Shown: positions 14,054 to 30,862, numbered from the stretch's first letter. The stretch is DNA of 64,000 bases from Eledone cirrhosa (GCA_964016885.1 OZ024742.1:297724001-297788000); one strand, 5' to 3'. Notes: generated by a model from the sequence alone, not told the origin. A program made the numbers and translations.

Positions 14054-14670
14054 TAGAAAGAGAGAGTTAAGATTTTATTAATTGGGACTAGTTAGACCAT
14101 CATTTCACTTCTTTCTTCAGACAACATCACATCAATATGATTCATTTTTCACACATACACTCACAGAGAAATTATTAAACGCATCCATACATTTAACTTT
14201 ATAAGAAATAAAGTTTCATAGTTAATTAACTACCCTAGAAAATCAAATTTGTAAATATATTATGACTGAACAAATAAGTTTTTAAAATAAGTTTATTATT
14301 ATTTTTTTGGTTTCAATTTGTAATTGGTTTACATATCTGTAATTTTAGATTTTATAAAAAAATAATTACTACAACTATAGAAGCTGGGATTCAGTTTTTT
14401 TCTTGGCTTATTTTCTAAAGGGAATAATAATATCATGCCATGGCCTTTTAACTCCTGATGGAATTATAGCAGAACCATTGTAGTATACAGCATGTTTTGG
14501 GCATTTAAACATAGCAGAGCTCATCCCACTCCAAGTCAGAACACATTTGTCTCAGCTGGATTTGAACTGATAGACCAGATAGCTGGAACAAATACTCCAA
14601 AGTATTCTATCTGACATTGTAATGGCTCTGCTAATTTACTGCCTTATAGAGAACGATACATCCTAATAAT

Positions 14671-14887
14671 GATTTCTGATTTAGGCACAAGGCCAACAAT
14701 TGGGGGGGGGGGGGGGATTCGATTAAATCAACCCCAGTGAGTTACTGGTACTTTATTTTATTGACCCTGTAAGGATGAAAGGCAAAGCTAACCTCGGCAG
14801 CGTTTAAACTCAGAAAGTAAAGGGTCATAATTCTGTGCCACAAAACAAGGTGTCTGACGCTCTACCGATACTGCCAATCCACCGCCC
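14671..14887 (-). mobile_element. Same SINE family
   Basis: Full length; ends ctctaccgatactgccaatccaccgccc. Confidence 0.85.
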
Positions 14888-16289
14888 TATAATAATGACT
14901 AGTTTTGTGCAATTAGAGCGACCATAACACATTTTACTGCATGTGTTTCCCTAAAATATATAAAATAATAAATATTTTTTCTTTGTTTATACATTTGAAT
15001 TGGTTCCAATAAAACACAAGGTTTTGGCACAATCTAGGAGATAAACATTATTTAGTTTAAACAACATTGTTTTTTTTTTACAAAGCATTGAAGACATTTG
15101 AAAATACATTTTGTTTTTTGAAAATGCTGCCACAATGCAGATGAACTATAAATAATATTTGAATATAAGTTGGGTAATGTACCCCTGGAAATGGAAAAAA
15201 AATGAATAGAACTGCCTATAGGAATCAAACCAAGGTTTGATTCCCATAAGCAGTTCCATTTACTTTTTATGTCCACTGGGTTATGTTACCTGACTTATAA
15301 TCGACTATCATTTATAGTTCATCTGCATCGTGGCAAGCTAGTTATACTATTTAATTTGTTTTCATAAGTCTATTTTAGAGTACCATCAAAACAAATCTAT
15401 CATTGATATTACATAGGAAGTCAATATATATTGAAAAAAATTTCAACAGAAATTTAACCTTTCATATGGTAGATTTTTTTTTTAATATATAATAAAATAG
15501 TCTTCCATTGGTTTCAACAATAAGTATTTCACAGACACATATACCCTTAACTTAATTCACAGGGAACTTCAGCCTGACATAACGAATATCAAATGGCACT
15601 TTGAATTACTGGCATTAACAGTCTGATAGATTTTTAAGTAATTTCTGTTTACCCAATTTCACTCACAAAGGTTAGGTCAAGCTGAGGTTATAGCAAAAGG
15701 CATTTGCTCAAGATGTCATACAGTGACCTCAAACCCAAATGGCTGTGAAGTGAACTTCTTAACCACTCAGTCATACCACATTCACAAAATATTTCTTTTG
15801 GTTTTTACTGATTAGATGACAAATAATTTAGAAGTGATACCACTCTAATGATCTTAGGAATATACACATTTTAGAGAATTTATTCTACATGACTTAAAGC
15901 TTTCACAACAATATCTAAGCTATAAAACACACATATACACACATACAAATATATATATATAACATATATACTGTATAAGAAACTTCATAACATTTAAGGT
16001 ATTCGGTTAAGTGATGTTGTTCTCTGAATATATATTTATATCACTGATCTTTCTTTTAAAAAGAACAAATATTTTAAGGTAATTATCCCCACTAAAAAAG
16101 AACTTTGTAGACCCCATGGCAGATTTCATACATTTTGAGCTTTTAAGGTAATATTTAGTAGTTGGATGCTATTCTTCACACCAACTCTTATAGTAACCTT
16201 TTATAACTTCTTCTGAGAAGGGAAATCATAGTCATCATTTTATTACTTTATATTATTGCTATTATCATCAGTATTTGTCTTATGATTAT

Positions 16290-16590
16290 TGTATGTTGTC
16301 ACTGCATTACCGGGCACAGCCCTGTGCACCGTGTGGATGTACAGTATGTTGTTTCCAGTATATCAAGGGTACTCTTTCTAATATGTGTGCAGTTCCTAGT
16401 AGTGCTATTTTTCGTATGCTGTATATATTGTAAGTCCTGGGGTTAAGTTATGTATCTGTCTGTGTATTGTTTTATCATTCTCAATGCACCTATTTTTATA
16501 GATATTGTTTCTGTTTTCATCATCCATATTCAGGTTATTTATATCTTTTCATATTTATATTGAATAATTTATCCATTTCCTTGGAAGATA
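16290..16590 (-). mobile_element. Decayed C-terminus of an R4/Dong-like (restriction-like endonuclease) LINE
   Basis: The minus strand gives MKTETISIKIGALRMIK and ..KIALLGTAHIL, typical of the RLE-LINE C-terminus; (TAA)-like tail. Confidence 0.6.
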
Positions 16591-16779
16591 TATTGATAAT
16601 AATTATTGTTATTATTTAATAGACATTGAATAGTTTTCTATGAAATCAAAATAATTTTGAATAAGTATGAAATAATTTACTAATTCCTTATTCGCATTTG
16701 TAAAATTGGATGAGTATGTTCAAATTCACCATTAATAGGAGAATCAATATTTTTACACATATTTTACATATCTGGGATG

Positions 16780-16810
<31 letters not shown>

Positions 16811-17022
16811 GACTGTATTTACAAACAAGAGGAGAAAGTAGTCAACACTAAGGGATATTATTTATTATAACACTGACACTCTGTTGTTATTTGGAATTTC
16901 ACAACTTCTCATTGATCATGCAACTTGCATGATCAATGGGAATTTGTTTAAATCAGAGTAACAGCTGAGAGTAGTCTCCTGGAACTAATGAGCATCATAA
17001 AAAAAGTCATACATATATATCC

Positions 17023-17084
<62 letters not shown>

Positions 17085-17270
17085 GTATATATATATATAT
17101 ATATACATATGTATATATAGATACATATGTATATATATATAGATACATGTATACATAGATATATATATGTATATATATATAGATATGTATATATATATAT
17201 GTATATATATACATACTTGTATACATATGTATATATATAAACATATGTCTATACATATATGTATATATAC

Positions 17271-17302
<32 letters not shown>

Positions 17303-17363
17303 GTATGTATATATATATATACATATGTATATATATATACATACATATATATATATACATATG

Positions 17364-17397
<34 letters not shown>

Positions 17398-17904
17398 TAT
17401 ACATATATACATATATACATACATACATAATCATCATCATCATGGACGTTAAACGATGATGATGATGTATGTATATATGTATATATATACATATATACAT
17501 ATACACGTATATACATATACATATATATATATATGTATATATATACATATACATAAATCAGTGTAGTACTCGATGCATGGAAGGGTGCAGAATGAGTATA
17601 GTAATGATGTAGAAATTTGACTTTGAGCTCGAGCAGTTTCGACAACCTGAAAACACCCTACCTCCTGGTCGAGTCTCTGCCTCATTAATATACATATATA
17701 TATATATATAACGAAGGAATTGTGGTAAGGAACCAGATGGACCATAACGCACCAGAGTACTCAATACTTAGGGTAGTAGAGTATATATATATATTCTGAT
17801 CATTTTATTTTTTTTAAATCACAATTTGTTTTTTTTATATCTTGAAACTCAGTTGATTCTCATATTTTGTCTCAAAATGTTTTAATTTTGAAGAACAAGG
17901 ATTA

Positions 17905-17970
<66 letters not shown>

Positions 17971-18792
17971 AAAGTATACATTAAACACTACTTTAAGTTT
18001 CATGAGAATAAGGCCATTATATTTGCTTGTGATGCTGGAAATAGGAATACAGAGGTTCTCTCCCTTGAATAAAATACTGTTTAAATACTTTCTGTTAAGC
18101 TGGCACACAAATGCGTTTAAATGAGTGTTGATATTTAATAAATTATGTAATAATAATTTCACAGTTGGAGACAGATTTTAATATAAAGAAAAATAAAAAC
18201 ATGATATGGTTTCATATCATGAACAAATATCCTATATTTCAATTTCACCTGATTGTAACAACCATGAGATATTTGATATAGTTTTTCAATGTTAATGAGG
18301 TATCGAGGGGTAAAAAACGAAAAACAAGATACAAATAAAAATAAAAATAATAATAGTTATTATTATAATAATTAAAATAATGATAATAAATAAATAGATA
18401 AAAAACAAAATGAAAATTTTACAAATCTAAATGTGTTTGTGTGTGTGAAAACAAATTGTAAATTAATTATGAATTATATATTTTTCAATTGTTTGACAAG
18501 TACAACTAATTTTAAGTTTGCTTCACTAAATGGCGGTGTCCCTGTATGGTCTCAGCCCAATGGGCTTGTTCAGGCTGGAACATGTAAAAGAGTAAAAAAT
18601 GTAAATAAATGTATAATTCAGATATTTATCTATCTTTAGACCAGCACATAATTTTCTGATACATGTGCATATATATTTGAACATATGTGTGTGTGAATGT
18701 ATGTATGTAGGTCAGTAGATAGGCATGTGTGTGTTTCTGTGACTGTGTATGTGTTTATATAAATATGTATATGAATACATATGTATATGTAA

Positions 18793-18845
<53 letters not shown>

Positions 18846-21009
18846 CATAGATACACTTGTATCTATGAAAATATAGACAGATATATGTACACACACATAT
18901 AAACAGGTGTCTTTATGTATACATATGGATGGAAAAACACATACACACATACATGCATACATACATACACACATACATACATACATAATTAAACATATGT
19001 ATATAGAGATATACATGTTTGTCTTTATGTCTGTATGTATATATAGAGAGAGATGTAGCTGTAGTGAGACATACATACACACATTAGTCGTTGATAAAAA
19101 TTATTTTAATTATATATCACCATTCGTTTATAATATATTTGACATTTCAATTTCACAAATTCATTGATTATCATTGCCAAGTTTAAATATTTCTTATTCC
19201 GATTGGGAAAAGGCAAAAGGGGCTTCACTTAAATAGATTTTTATCATACTGTATCAGTAAAATAACTTTAGTAAGAATAACTTTATTATTAAAATACAAG
19301 AAATTAATAACTCTTTTGAGATCATCTGAGCTAAAACGGGAATCAAAATCTCCCATTTTAAAGGATTCCACTTTAAATTAAATCTTCCACTATAATTTTA
19401 TATAAGAATCATATGATAAGTTAATATCTTAGTAACAAAATAATTCATAACTTATAATCCCTCAAAATTCTTCATTAATTAGTGGAAATAGTGTATTTAA
19501 TTAAATATATGCTGACAAATTGGTTAAAGGAAAAAAAGATATCAAAATACTAACTGTTTTTCATTTGCAAGTTTCATAGACTACTAAATTCATTATCATT
19601 AGGTACTTTTTCCAGCTCCCTATGGAGCATGTGGGGAATGAGATATCCCCATGCAGCACAGTTGAAATCTCTGTCATGAGCCTATTCTCAGGCCCACCCA
19701 GTCTTTCAAGTTCTCCCTCATAATCTTCAGCCACATTTAAACATGTCTGCCTCCCCTCCTATGCCCCCACCTTTATCTTGTTCTCACTGGTCTCCTTGTG
19801 TCATTAGTACTTATATAACGTCATTAAGACATTTTGAAATAATATAATATATTTATCATTGTATAAACGTTTCTCAATTCCGTTAAATTTTGTGTTGAAA
19901 TAGGTGGTATCACTGTGTGAGGCTACTGTCTATTAAATACATGACAAACCTTTGACTTGCCTATATATATTTTTCATAACTCCACTGAATAAATTATATC
20001 ATATACTGATGGACTTTTGTTGATTAACTGCAAATGCTTATCATATAGGTTTGAAGATTATTGCAAATGGACTTATATATGTTAAGGGGCATTGAACATA
20101 AGCTATGGATTTAGATCCGATAACTATCAACCATTTCATCGAAAACTGAATAATAAAAGTGAAATATGTTTGGAAAACTGATGTAAGTATTTAACGTTAA
20201 AAATTCCCACTTTGGAATTGCATTAGTTTGGAAAATGACTTGAACTGAGACAGTCATTCAAAACCACACAAAAACTGTTAAAATAAAAAGTGTATATATT
20301 TTTTGAATTGTTAAAATTACTCTTCCATGATGTAATAGCAATTCCTATTTTTATAATTAATTATAAACTAGTTAAACTGAATAATTTTTATATAATTGCC
20401 TGTTGCCAAATTTTATCAGAAATAATTTATTAGTCAAAATATACATCAAGAATCTATATTAAGAATTTATTTTGAGACATTTCTCTTCCTACTTAAATAC
20501 TTGTAAAATATATTTCCAAAGCATAAATGCTCGAGTATTTTGTACCAATTCAAATTCTATTTCTATTATAACTACTTTGAGTAACAAGAAACGTTTAACT
20601 CATTTTAAGAGTGTTAAATAGAGATGATTTAAATTTATGTTTTAATGTGTAGTCAATGAGTAGAGGGTTATGATCACCACATGCTTCAGAGTCTCTGACA
20701 CTGGTTTGAAGGTAAAATTTTATCTTTCAACGAAGACCTACTTTGAATATTTACAGCAAATTGTACTCCACCAAAGGTGGTGTTAATCTAGATAATGGTG
20801 GATGATGGATTGAATATACTTTCCATAGAAAAAATCTCATCCAATGCTGTAAGTTGGGATCTCACTTCATTGATGCCCCAAAGGATGAAACACCATGCTG
20901 AATTTCGTGGGATTTGAAAGCAAGATTGCAGAGAGCTAGTAAAAATTCTGAAATGTTAGATTATTTTCAAAAGGATTTGTAAATTATAGTAATTTATTTT
21001 CATTAATAA

Positions 21010-21205
21010 TTGTTTCTACTTTTGGCTCAAGGCCAGCAAGGGAAGGGAAAAGTCGATTAAATCGATCCAGTGCATTACTGGTGCTTTATTTTATTGACCC
21101 CATAAGGATGAAAGGCAAAGTTAATCTCAGCAGGATTTGAACTCAGGCCATAATTATATGCCTCAATGCATATTGCCCGACACTTTATTGATACTGCAAA
21201 TCCAA
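21010..21205 (-). mobile_element. Same SINE family
   Basis: Core and B box recognisable; another older copy at about 21695-21900. Confidence 0.8.
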
Positions 21206-22699
21206 ATATGATAATAAAAGTGTTAAAACTATCAAAGACATTGTAAGGTAGTGGTGACAGATTTTATCAGGCTGCATCTGCTGCCACTGAAAATATGCTT
21301 TGTTTTGTTTTTTCCAAAAGAGTATTTGAAACGTTGCTCAGTATTTCCTAGTGTTTACTTCAGCAACTTCCTAGCAAGCATTTTCAGACTTCTCTATTGA
21401 CAAAATTCTTAATACTTCAAAAAATAAACTAATATATATTAATTTACGTTTAAGAAAGCAAATTGAAAATATGAAATATATTAGATATTCATAAAATAAT
21501 ATAGATATTAAAAGGTTTTTATAAATGGAATATAGTTTTGTAAACTTTAACCCTGAAACTAGCCCTGGTTCTATTATACAAAATAATTTATTTCAAAGTG
21601 TTTATATTCATGTAAATTCATTTTATTATCATTTTATGTAAGAATCTTTGATAATCAATGCTCCACACATCCACTTAGTAAGTCTCTCTGATTAACATTG
21701 GCACATGGTTAGCAATTTCTTTTTGGGTGGGAGGGGAGAGTCGATTATATCAACCTCAGCATTTGAACAGTACTTCAATTTATTGAACCTGGAAGGGTGA
21801 AAGGGAAAGTTGACCCAGTGGGATTTGAACTCAGAATATAAAGAAATGAAACAAATAACACAGTGTTATTTATCCGACGCTCAACCAATTCGGACAAGCC
21901 AACATCAAATTAATAATATGAAAGCTTATCATAATACTTAACTCCCACCTAATACCTGATTATTTTCAAAAATATTTGAAAATGTCTTTCATTAGAAATA
22001 CAGTATTGAAAAAGTGTAAAGGAAACAGAATACAATAATTCATCCTTAACTTTGCCTGATGTTAAAATATTTACTTGCATTTTTTTGATGTGATATGTAA
22101 GTGAAGCCCTGATTCATATTCTGAAAGATTCTAGAGATTCTAGTTTCCTATAGAATAAATATCTGTAAATAGTAGTAGTAGAAATATTAATAATAATAAT
22201 AATAATAATGATAATAGGGGAAATATGCAAAAGAAATATATGGGGATGTTTTGTGGCCAGCATTAAGGCAAATGCTGTTGGATCCAACACTCAGAATGAA
22301 AGCTAGCAGTAGAATGTTACATTGTGGTGGCACATGATGTGAGAAAGGATCATGGCCCTAGTTCTGATGGCAGATTCAACACTAAGGCATGTATATTACT
22401 TTGTTATATATTCAAATTTATATGAATGAATGAATGTATATATATGTTAATGTACACAATGTACACAAACACATATACATATACACACTAACAAACGCAC
22501 ACATACTTAAAAACATGCACATACTTACAAACATATAAACACATATATATCTGTCTGTTTGTGTGTGTGTGTATATATATACATATATATGTTTATGTAT
22601 GTAAATATATGTGTATATAGATTTGAAAAAAATACACATATTTATATATGTGTCTAAATATATATGTAAGCATGTATACATATAGATATAGGTATATAT

Positions 22700-24617
<1,918 letters not shown>

Positions 24618-24815
24618 AGGGTGCAGCAATATGCCTCCCACATTTTAAGGGTTGATCAGGTAAAATATGGGAGATTTTTCTACCACATCTTGTATATATA
24701 CATACATGTTTGATTTTTTTCTAAATCTGTGTGTTAGGTATGTTTGTGTGTATGCGTGCCTTTGTTTGTGTGTGTGCCTGTACATAAATTGTATCCAGAG
24801 CATTTTTAAGCAACT

Positions 24816-25015
24816 TCAGCATAGCTCTTTTTTTTGCGAAACTGTTGGTGCAGCATTATTATCACTTCTTTGTGAACCACAGTCCTTCTGTAAAACGTTT
24901 TCACTATCAGGAGGCGTTTTACACGTGCTACCCTTGTCAGAAGTGCTTTCAGACCTGTCAGCATCAAGTTGCTCACTTCCTCTCCTTGATGCCTTCAATG
25001 CTCTATCTGCTGCAT
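24816..25015 (-). CDS. PDE1: PDE1 terminal coding exon
   Basis: cattttAG|AT GCA...; phase 1; (D)AADRALKASRRGSEQLDADRSESTSDKG...SQKKELC*, TGA at 24816-24818; in frame with the preceding exon. Confidence 0.85.
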
Positions 25016-25321
25016 CTAAAATGAATCAAGGAAAGAAAAATAAATTTACATATGTAACATTTATGTTGTACAAGTGCAGCTAAATTGAACCCACAACCTT
25101 GTGGTTGTGAAGCAAACTTTGTAGCTACCCACACATGCCAGCACTTATATATTGCTTATATTTGAATCATCATCTATGATTAAAAAAATTAACACTGTGT
25201 TATCTATTGTTTTCTTTTTTTAAAATTTATTTATATTTTTTGAAATTTATTATACTTTTTCATATCTTCTTTGAAATTAATATATTTTCCAGTCAGAAAG
25301 TATATCAATAAGGATAACTAC

Positions 25322-25396
25322 CTTGGGCTGCAATTTCTATCCACCTTGATTTATTTACTTCTAGTATTGGTTTCCATGGCCTTTTCAATTCATAAC
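25322..25396 (-). CDS. PDE1: PDE1 small coding exon (last catalytic-domain helix)
   Basis: ttttaacAG|GT...CAA G|GTagtt; 75 nt, phase 1-1; (G)YELKRPWKPILEVNKSRWIEIAAQ fits the PW...L..NK..W helix that ends invertebrate PDE1 catalytic domains. Not in the ORF track. Confidence 0.88.
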
Positions 25397-25799
25397 CTGT
25401 TAAAAGAAATTTTTTTTAAGAATTGTAATTAAAATTTTTTCAGTTAAAAATTGAGTTTGAAAATCACTATGATATTACTCACCATCAACATCATCTTCAC
25501 CGTTTTGTGTGTGACATGCTGGCATGGGCTTATTGGGTTGTTACATTCTGTGACTAGAATAGTCAGATGACCATACCTTGCTCATACATTCCAGTTTACC
25601 AACATTTCTATAGCTTGATAATCATCATAATGCCAACCACCTTACAGTGATAATTAGCTTTCTGGCTACCCATTAGATGTAGTCAGGGTTTCCTCACTGT
25701 AGTTTTGGATAGAAGATTGAAACTCCACTACTCAAGTGTTGCACCAGAAAAGACTGTACAGGTAGGAGTGGAGATACTCACAACCCCCAGCTGATAGGT

Positions 25800-26460
25800 A
25801 TTCTGCTAAATGCTGTATGGCAGAAATGAAAATCATGGCTATGAAGACTGAAATGTTTATCTGCTCAAGGATGCCTGCTCAGTGCACTCTACATGTGAAT
25901 GGAGTTACATTGAAGCAGGTGTAGAAATTTAAGTATCTTGGGGCCGTTCACAAGTGATGGAATGAAGTAGGCTGAATTATGTGCAAATATGGCAGTAGCT
26001 GATACAGTAATGCACCAGCTTCAGCATTTGGTCATGAGAAGAAGAGAGGTAGGTGTAAAAGCCAAACTTGCTATCTTCAAATCAGTATCCATGCCAACCC
26101 TTACCCATAGTCATGAATCTTGGGTAGTGACTGAAAAATTACAATCTGAAATACAAGCTGCCAAAATGGGGTTCCTCCAAAGGGTGCTTGGAATAATGTT
26201 ACTTGATATAATCTGTAGCTCAGAGGGCAGAGAGTCACTTCATGTAGAACTGCTACTTCTCCAAATTGATACTATGGACATGTGGTTAGAATGTCTCAGA
26301 AAAGAAATGTTGGAGAGATTTTAAGAGCAAAACCAACCTACAGGTGACCCAGATGTAGACCCTGAGCAAGATAGTTGAATAACACGCATCAGCTCGACTG
26401 GTCTCACTTGGAGACCCAGCCAAATCAATAGGAGATGGTTGCTTCTGACAGGACCTGATG
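25800..26460 (+). mobile_element. Decayed RTE-like LINE 3' fragment (different family)
   Basis: FKYLG-like segment, KAKLAIFKS..PTLTHSHESW...IQAAKMGFLQRVLG, then a GRPR-like region; many lesions. Confidence 0.7.
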
Positions 26461-29191
26461 AAATAAGGAATCATGATACTGTATAACATGCAGGCCTTAT
26501 GCATAAAATTCCATGTTATATGGAGTGTCTACTTTTTAAATTGATATAAAAATAGTAATAGTAATAGTGAAACTATCCCGACCCCAAGTAAACTTAATTT
26601 TCAACTGTAGCATGATATCAAAATTATTTCTGACTGTAGCTACAGGTGTGGTTGTGTATATGTGCAGGTTTCTTGTGTATAGGCACATGCATGACTGTTT
26701 AGGTGCAGGTATGACTATTTCCACAGATATGACTGAGTATAGGCACAGGCTGGGTCGTATATAGGCACAGGCATGGCTATGTACGAATGCAGGCATAACT
26801 GTGTATACAAGCAGAGTTTTATGGCAAGATGCTCTCCTTGGTAGCAACCACTTTTCTCACCTCTTACAACACATTAGAATAGGCACACAGAATTGTGTGC
26901 CTATTCTAAACCTATTAGACATAGATAATTGTTTCTACTTTTGGCACAAGGCCAGCAATTATCGATCCCATAAGGATGTAAGGCAAAGTTAACTTCGGTG
27001 GGATTTGAACTCAGAATGATGATTAATTAGATAAGAATAGGATAACTTCCAGGACATTTATTATAATAAAATCTAAACATTTGCAAGTAGTGTAGCTAAT
27101 AAGATAAAATATAACCTTTATAACTTGAATTAGTTTGTCAGAATTTAGGAAAAGGCAATATGAGATACAATTTATATAATGAATGATAAAAAGTAATAAA
27201 TGATTTACAAAAGAAACGAATCTATAAAGAAGAGTCAGCAAGATGAAGGGGAAAAAACAAAAAATACATGCACACTCAATTATACACAACTGGGAATTCT
27301 GGTGTTATCCTCTAAAACAGTCCATGTTATCCTCTAAAGTGCAGTCCATGACCCACATATGGCCCATTTGGTTTTCTGAATGGCATGCCTAATTTCCAAA
27401 TTGGCTTGAATTTTTTAGTAGTGCAGCTCGCCTTATGATGACCCACTGTGACCCACTGCTCGAAAAAGGGTTACCTATGCCCGCTCTAAAGATTTTTAAA
27501 GCAAGCCAATATACTTATGACATTACCATGAGTGATAGCATAGCTAAAGAGCTGGAATAGTCAAGTACCTTCATGAGCATCACCTGATACCTCAGTAAGG
27601 TAAGCCATCATCAATATAAAAAATGTCATTATCAGAAATCCAGCTCCTCCAAATATCTCAAATGTCACAGACTGAAAAATATGATTTACCAATAAATCAC
27701 AGTAGTTTATTCCATTTGGCTATATCTGATTATTCTTCAATAAATAGTATACTATCACAGCAAATCTAAATTACCCACCTTACTTTCCTACATTGAAATT
27801 AAAGACAAGATTAAAAGAATATGATCATGTCAAATATTATTCATAAGTAGAAATAGAAAAATAATTCTAATAATTCTGATGGAGAAACTTCTGTATTTAA
27901 ATTCTAGACTTCATTTTCCATTGTAAGAATAAATCATAAACAAATACATTGAGATTAACATATTAATCTCATCTTATTCAGCTTTCATACTTTCAAAACA
28001 CAGTGAATCCAAAAACTTTCCTTCTAGCTCCATGCTTATATTATTTCTTCAACTCTGTTTACTGTAGAATAATCCCGTTAAATCCCAACAAATAAGAAAT
28101 GGTAAAGTTCTTGAAAGTTCAGCTCCATTACTGTCTTTCACAGCAGATTAATTCTTGCTTACCATTAATCCTAACATCTCACATCTTCCTGCTGCTGCTA
28201 TATATTGCATTGCTGTCAATTTCTTAACGGAAATGTCTTACTAAGATCATCAATGATGAACTGAAGGGAACTGCAAAGTCTAACAACTGAATAAGCTGCT
28301 ATTTACATTACTTCTGTTTTAAGAACAAAGTAAATCTCTTTGGCCAATTGTACTTCCTCTTTACTAAATGTTCTCATCATTGTATATGAAATTTTATAAG
28401 ATTTCTATTTGTTGTCATGTCTGAGAAGGAAATGAAGTGTTCCAAAGCCAAAGAAGGCTTTCACTGTTTAGAAGCCACTGATAGGAAATGAATGTTGGAT
28501 GAGTAAGAGGATAAGACTATTTGAAAATAAAAATATATACAAACAGTTTAAAGGACAGCAAAAACAAGAAAAATAAAATAAGTAAATCTATAACTACTGA
28601 ATAAAATATCATAGTTTAAAATAAGCTAACCCAGTACTAACTTATCATGCTTAGGTGTATGGAAGTAATAAGATAGTGTTATAAATCTTTTTTATGATAA
28701 TAGTGTATTTGTCATAATGAAAATTGTTATATCTGTCGATTGCATTACTATTCACAGAAATTGTGATATGATCTAAATGTATTGGAACACATGGAATAAG
28801 AAGATTGGGGTTCTGTTAGACAGCAAGCCATCAAACATATAAACATATGTGCTAGGTGGGTCATGCTTGTTGCAATCGTGAAAAGTTGAAGGAACACCTT
28901 TTACATACAGTTGTGTATCTCACCACAACTGCCTGTTCCAAGCCTTTCTCTAGAACAAAATTGAAGGAGGGCAAAAAGAGGAAACAAAAGAAAATCCTGG
29001 CCAAACAACAGCAAGAACTGAATAGGCTTCAAAACTGTCACCTTTCTTTATATGACAGAATATAGAGGTGACAATTGCTGACTGCTGGAATGTGGGGACT
29101 GACCACCAATGACTTGCTGCACCAATTATGGGAAGATGATGTTGATAGTGATGAAAACAAACTGTTGAAATAAAAAGAAAGATACACATAC

Positions 29192-29395
29192 CAGCATATT
29201 GCTTAGTGGTCGGACGGCTGTTATTGCTAATACTTTCTAAACGCGGGCTCCCAATATCTCTTTCAAAGACCTCCTCAGAAATCACTTCATCTACTTTTGT
29301 TGGAGTACATACAGACTGGTTCACTTGGAATATTATCTTTTGTAAAACATCACCCATAACTGTAAAACTGGGGTCAACAATGAACTCGATAAATC
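29192..29395 (-). CDS. PDE1: PDE1 coding exon
   Basis: tctgcAG|GA...GCT G|GTatgt; 204 nt, phase 1-1; FIEFIVDPSFTVMGDVLQKII...KQYA, i.e. the GFI.FIV.P motif followed by a variable insert. Confidence 0.92.
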
Positions 29396-29738
29396 CTGCA
29401 GAAAGAAAAGATAGAAAACAAAGTAGTATAGTTTATATGAATAATTGTGAAATATGTGGTTAGAATTATTTTGAGTAAAGTCAGTAAAATGCAAGTTTCA
29501 ATGCAAGCATGGCTGACAGGTTTAGAAGTTCAGTTCACAATCATGAGATCCAAAGTTTGATTCCACAGTGTGGCATCTTAGGCAAGTGTTTTTTTTCTAT
29601 AGCCTCAGTTTGACCAAAACATTGTGAATGAAAGTAGGTAGAAAGAAACTGTGTGGAAGCCCGATGGATGTAGTGTACCTATAATTCAAAAGTCCAGCTT
29701 TGACACATATTGTGTCATGATTCTGCCTGAGAATTATA

Positions 29739-29953
29739 TTAACCCTTTAGCATTTACAATATTCTATATTTACTATTGTATTTTTACGGTAAAGGCTTTA
29801 CCTCACATAATATCGAATATATGAGATTTTGATATATATTTATTGAAAACAATACCTTAACATCATTATGAGTGGCAAGTTACGGCTGGTTTGAACAGAA
29901 AGAGGTGAGAGAATTCTGTCTGAATACAGCCGGTTTAAATGCTAAATGGTTAA
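29739..29953. mobile_element. MITE with TTAA-flanked terminal inverted repeats (piggyBac-like)
   Basis: TTAA-ccctttagcattta ... taaatgctaaatgg-TTAA; a second similar copy at 38204-38418 lacks the right terminus. Confidence 0.72.
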
Positions 29954-30780
29954 AGGTACACATTAATTCCCAAGTTAGATATAGTTTATTGAATGAGTGA
30001 ATGTTCATAATTAAAACTGGCAGAGGCTCCATGATGATCATCATCATCATGATCAAAATGCAAGTTGAAATTAAGGAGTGAAATAAACAAAACAAAATAA
30101 CAGTTTACTTTTACATTTCATGATATTTTGGAAATAGTGTTTCTAGCTTGTTTTTTTTTTTTGTTTTTACTGTTAGGTTGAAGAAGGGAGGGCAATGCCT
30201 GTGAACATTTTTAATGTTTTTTTCATTAAACCACAGATCTGATCTTAATACTTACAAAAGAGTGGTCTTTGTTAAAGTTACTCAAGAGACAAGTGGTGGT
30301 GTTAAACTAGGGAATGGATGAAATCTACCACACAAGTTGAATTCAGCAGGATTTGAACTCAAGAGAATGTTATCATCTTAAATAATTTTACATTAATGAT
30401 GACAAATCAAATTGAGCTTGATGGCATTTGAACTCAGAGTGAAGAGAGCCAGAACAAGATCTGAAATCACTTTGTCAGATGTTAAATTTAAACTAATTTA
30501 GATATAGCTTTAATCCTTTAGATACCAACCTGTCTGTGTCTTCCTTTGGTTCCATGATATAAAATCTCTACTTTGAAAGTGTTTATATGTAAATTAACAC
30601 CTCCCACCATATTTTTATGCATGAAACTATTTCAATGTTATATTCCAAATGTCAGTTTGATAATGACAGAGGTAGTTATTATACTCAATTACACCAAATT
30701 CTTGGGTTATTTTCAAAATTCATTGCAACATAGAGACAACATATTTTATTAGAGATATAATTATTAAAGTGTTAACTCAC

Positions 30781-30862
30781 CGATTTGGGATTCTGCAACC
30801 AGTGTGGTTTTACGATCACAGAGTGGGGAAAATGGCAAGCCTAGTTCTTTTTCTCTGTCACC
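30781..30862 (-). CDS. PDE1: PDE1 coding exon with the invariant substrate-binding Gln
   Basis: atctAG|GGT...ATC G|GTgagt; 82 nt, phase 0-1; GDREKELGLPFSPLCDRKTTLVAESQI(G). Confidence 0.96.

Noticed and set aside
24667-25083. 138-aa + strand ORF
   Set aside because: Antisense shadow of the PDE1 terminal exon; no independent motif.
28163-28313. Possible extra PDE1 exon (GTaagc donor at 28162)
   Set aside because: I found no acceptor giving an open, phase 1-1 exon with PDE similarity, and the protein is complete without it.
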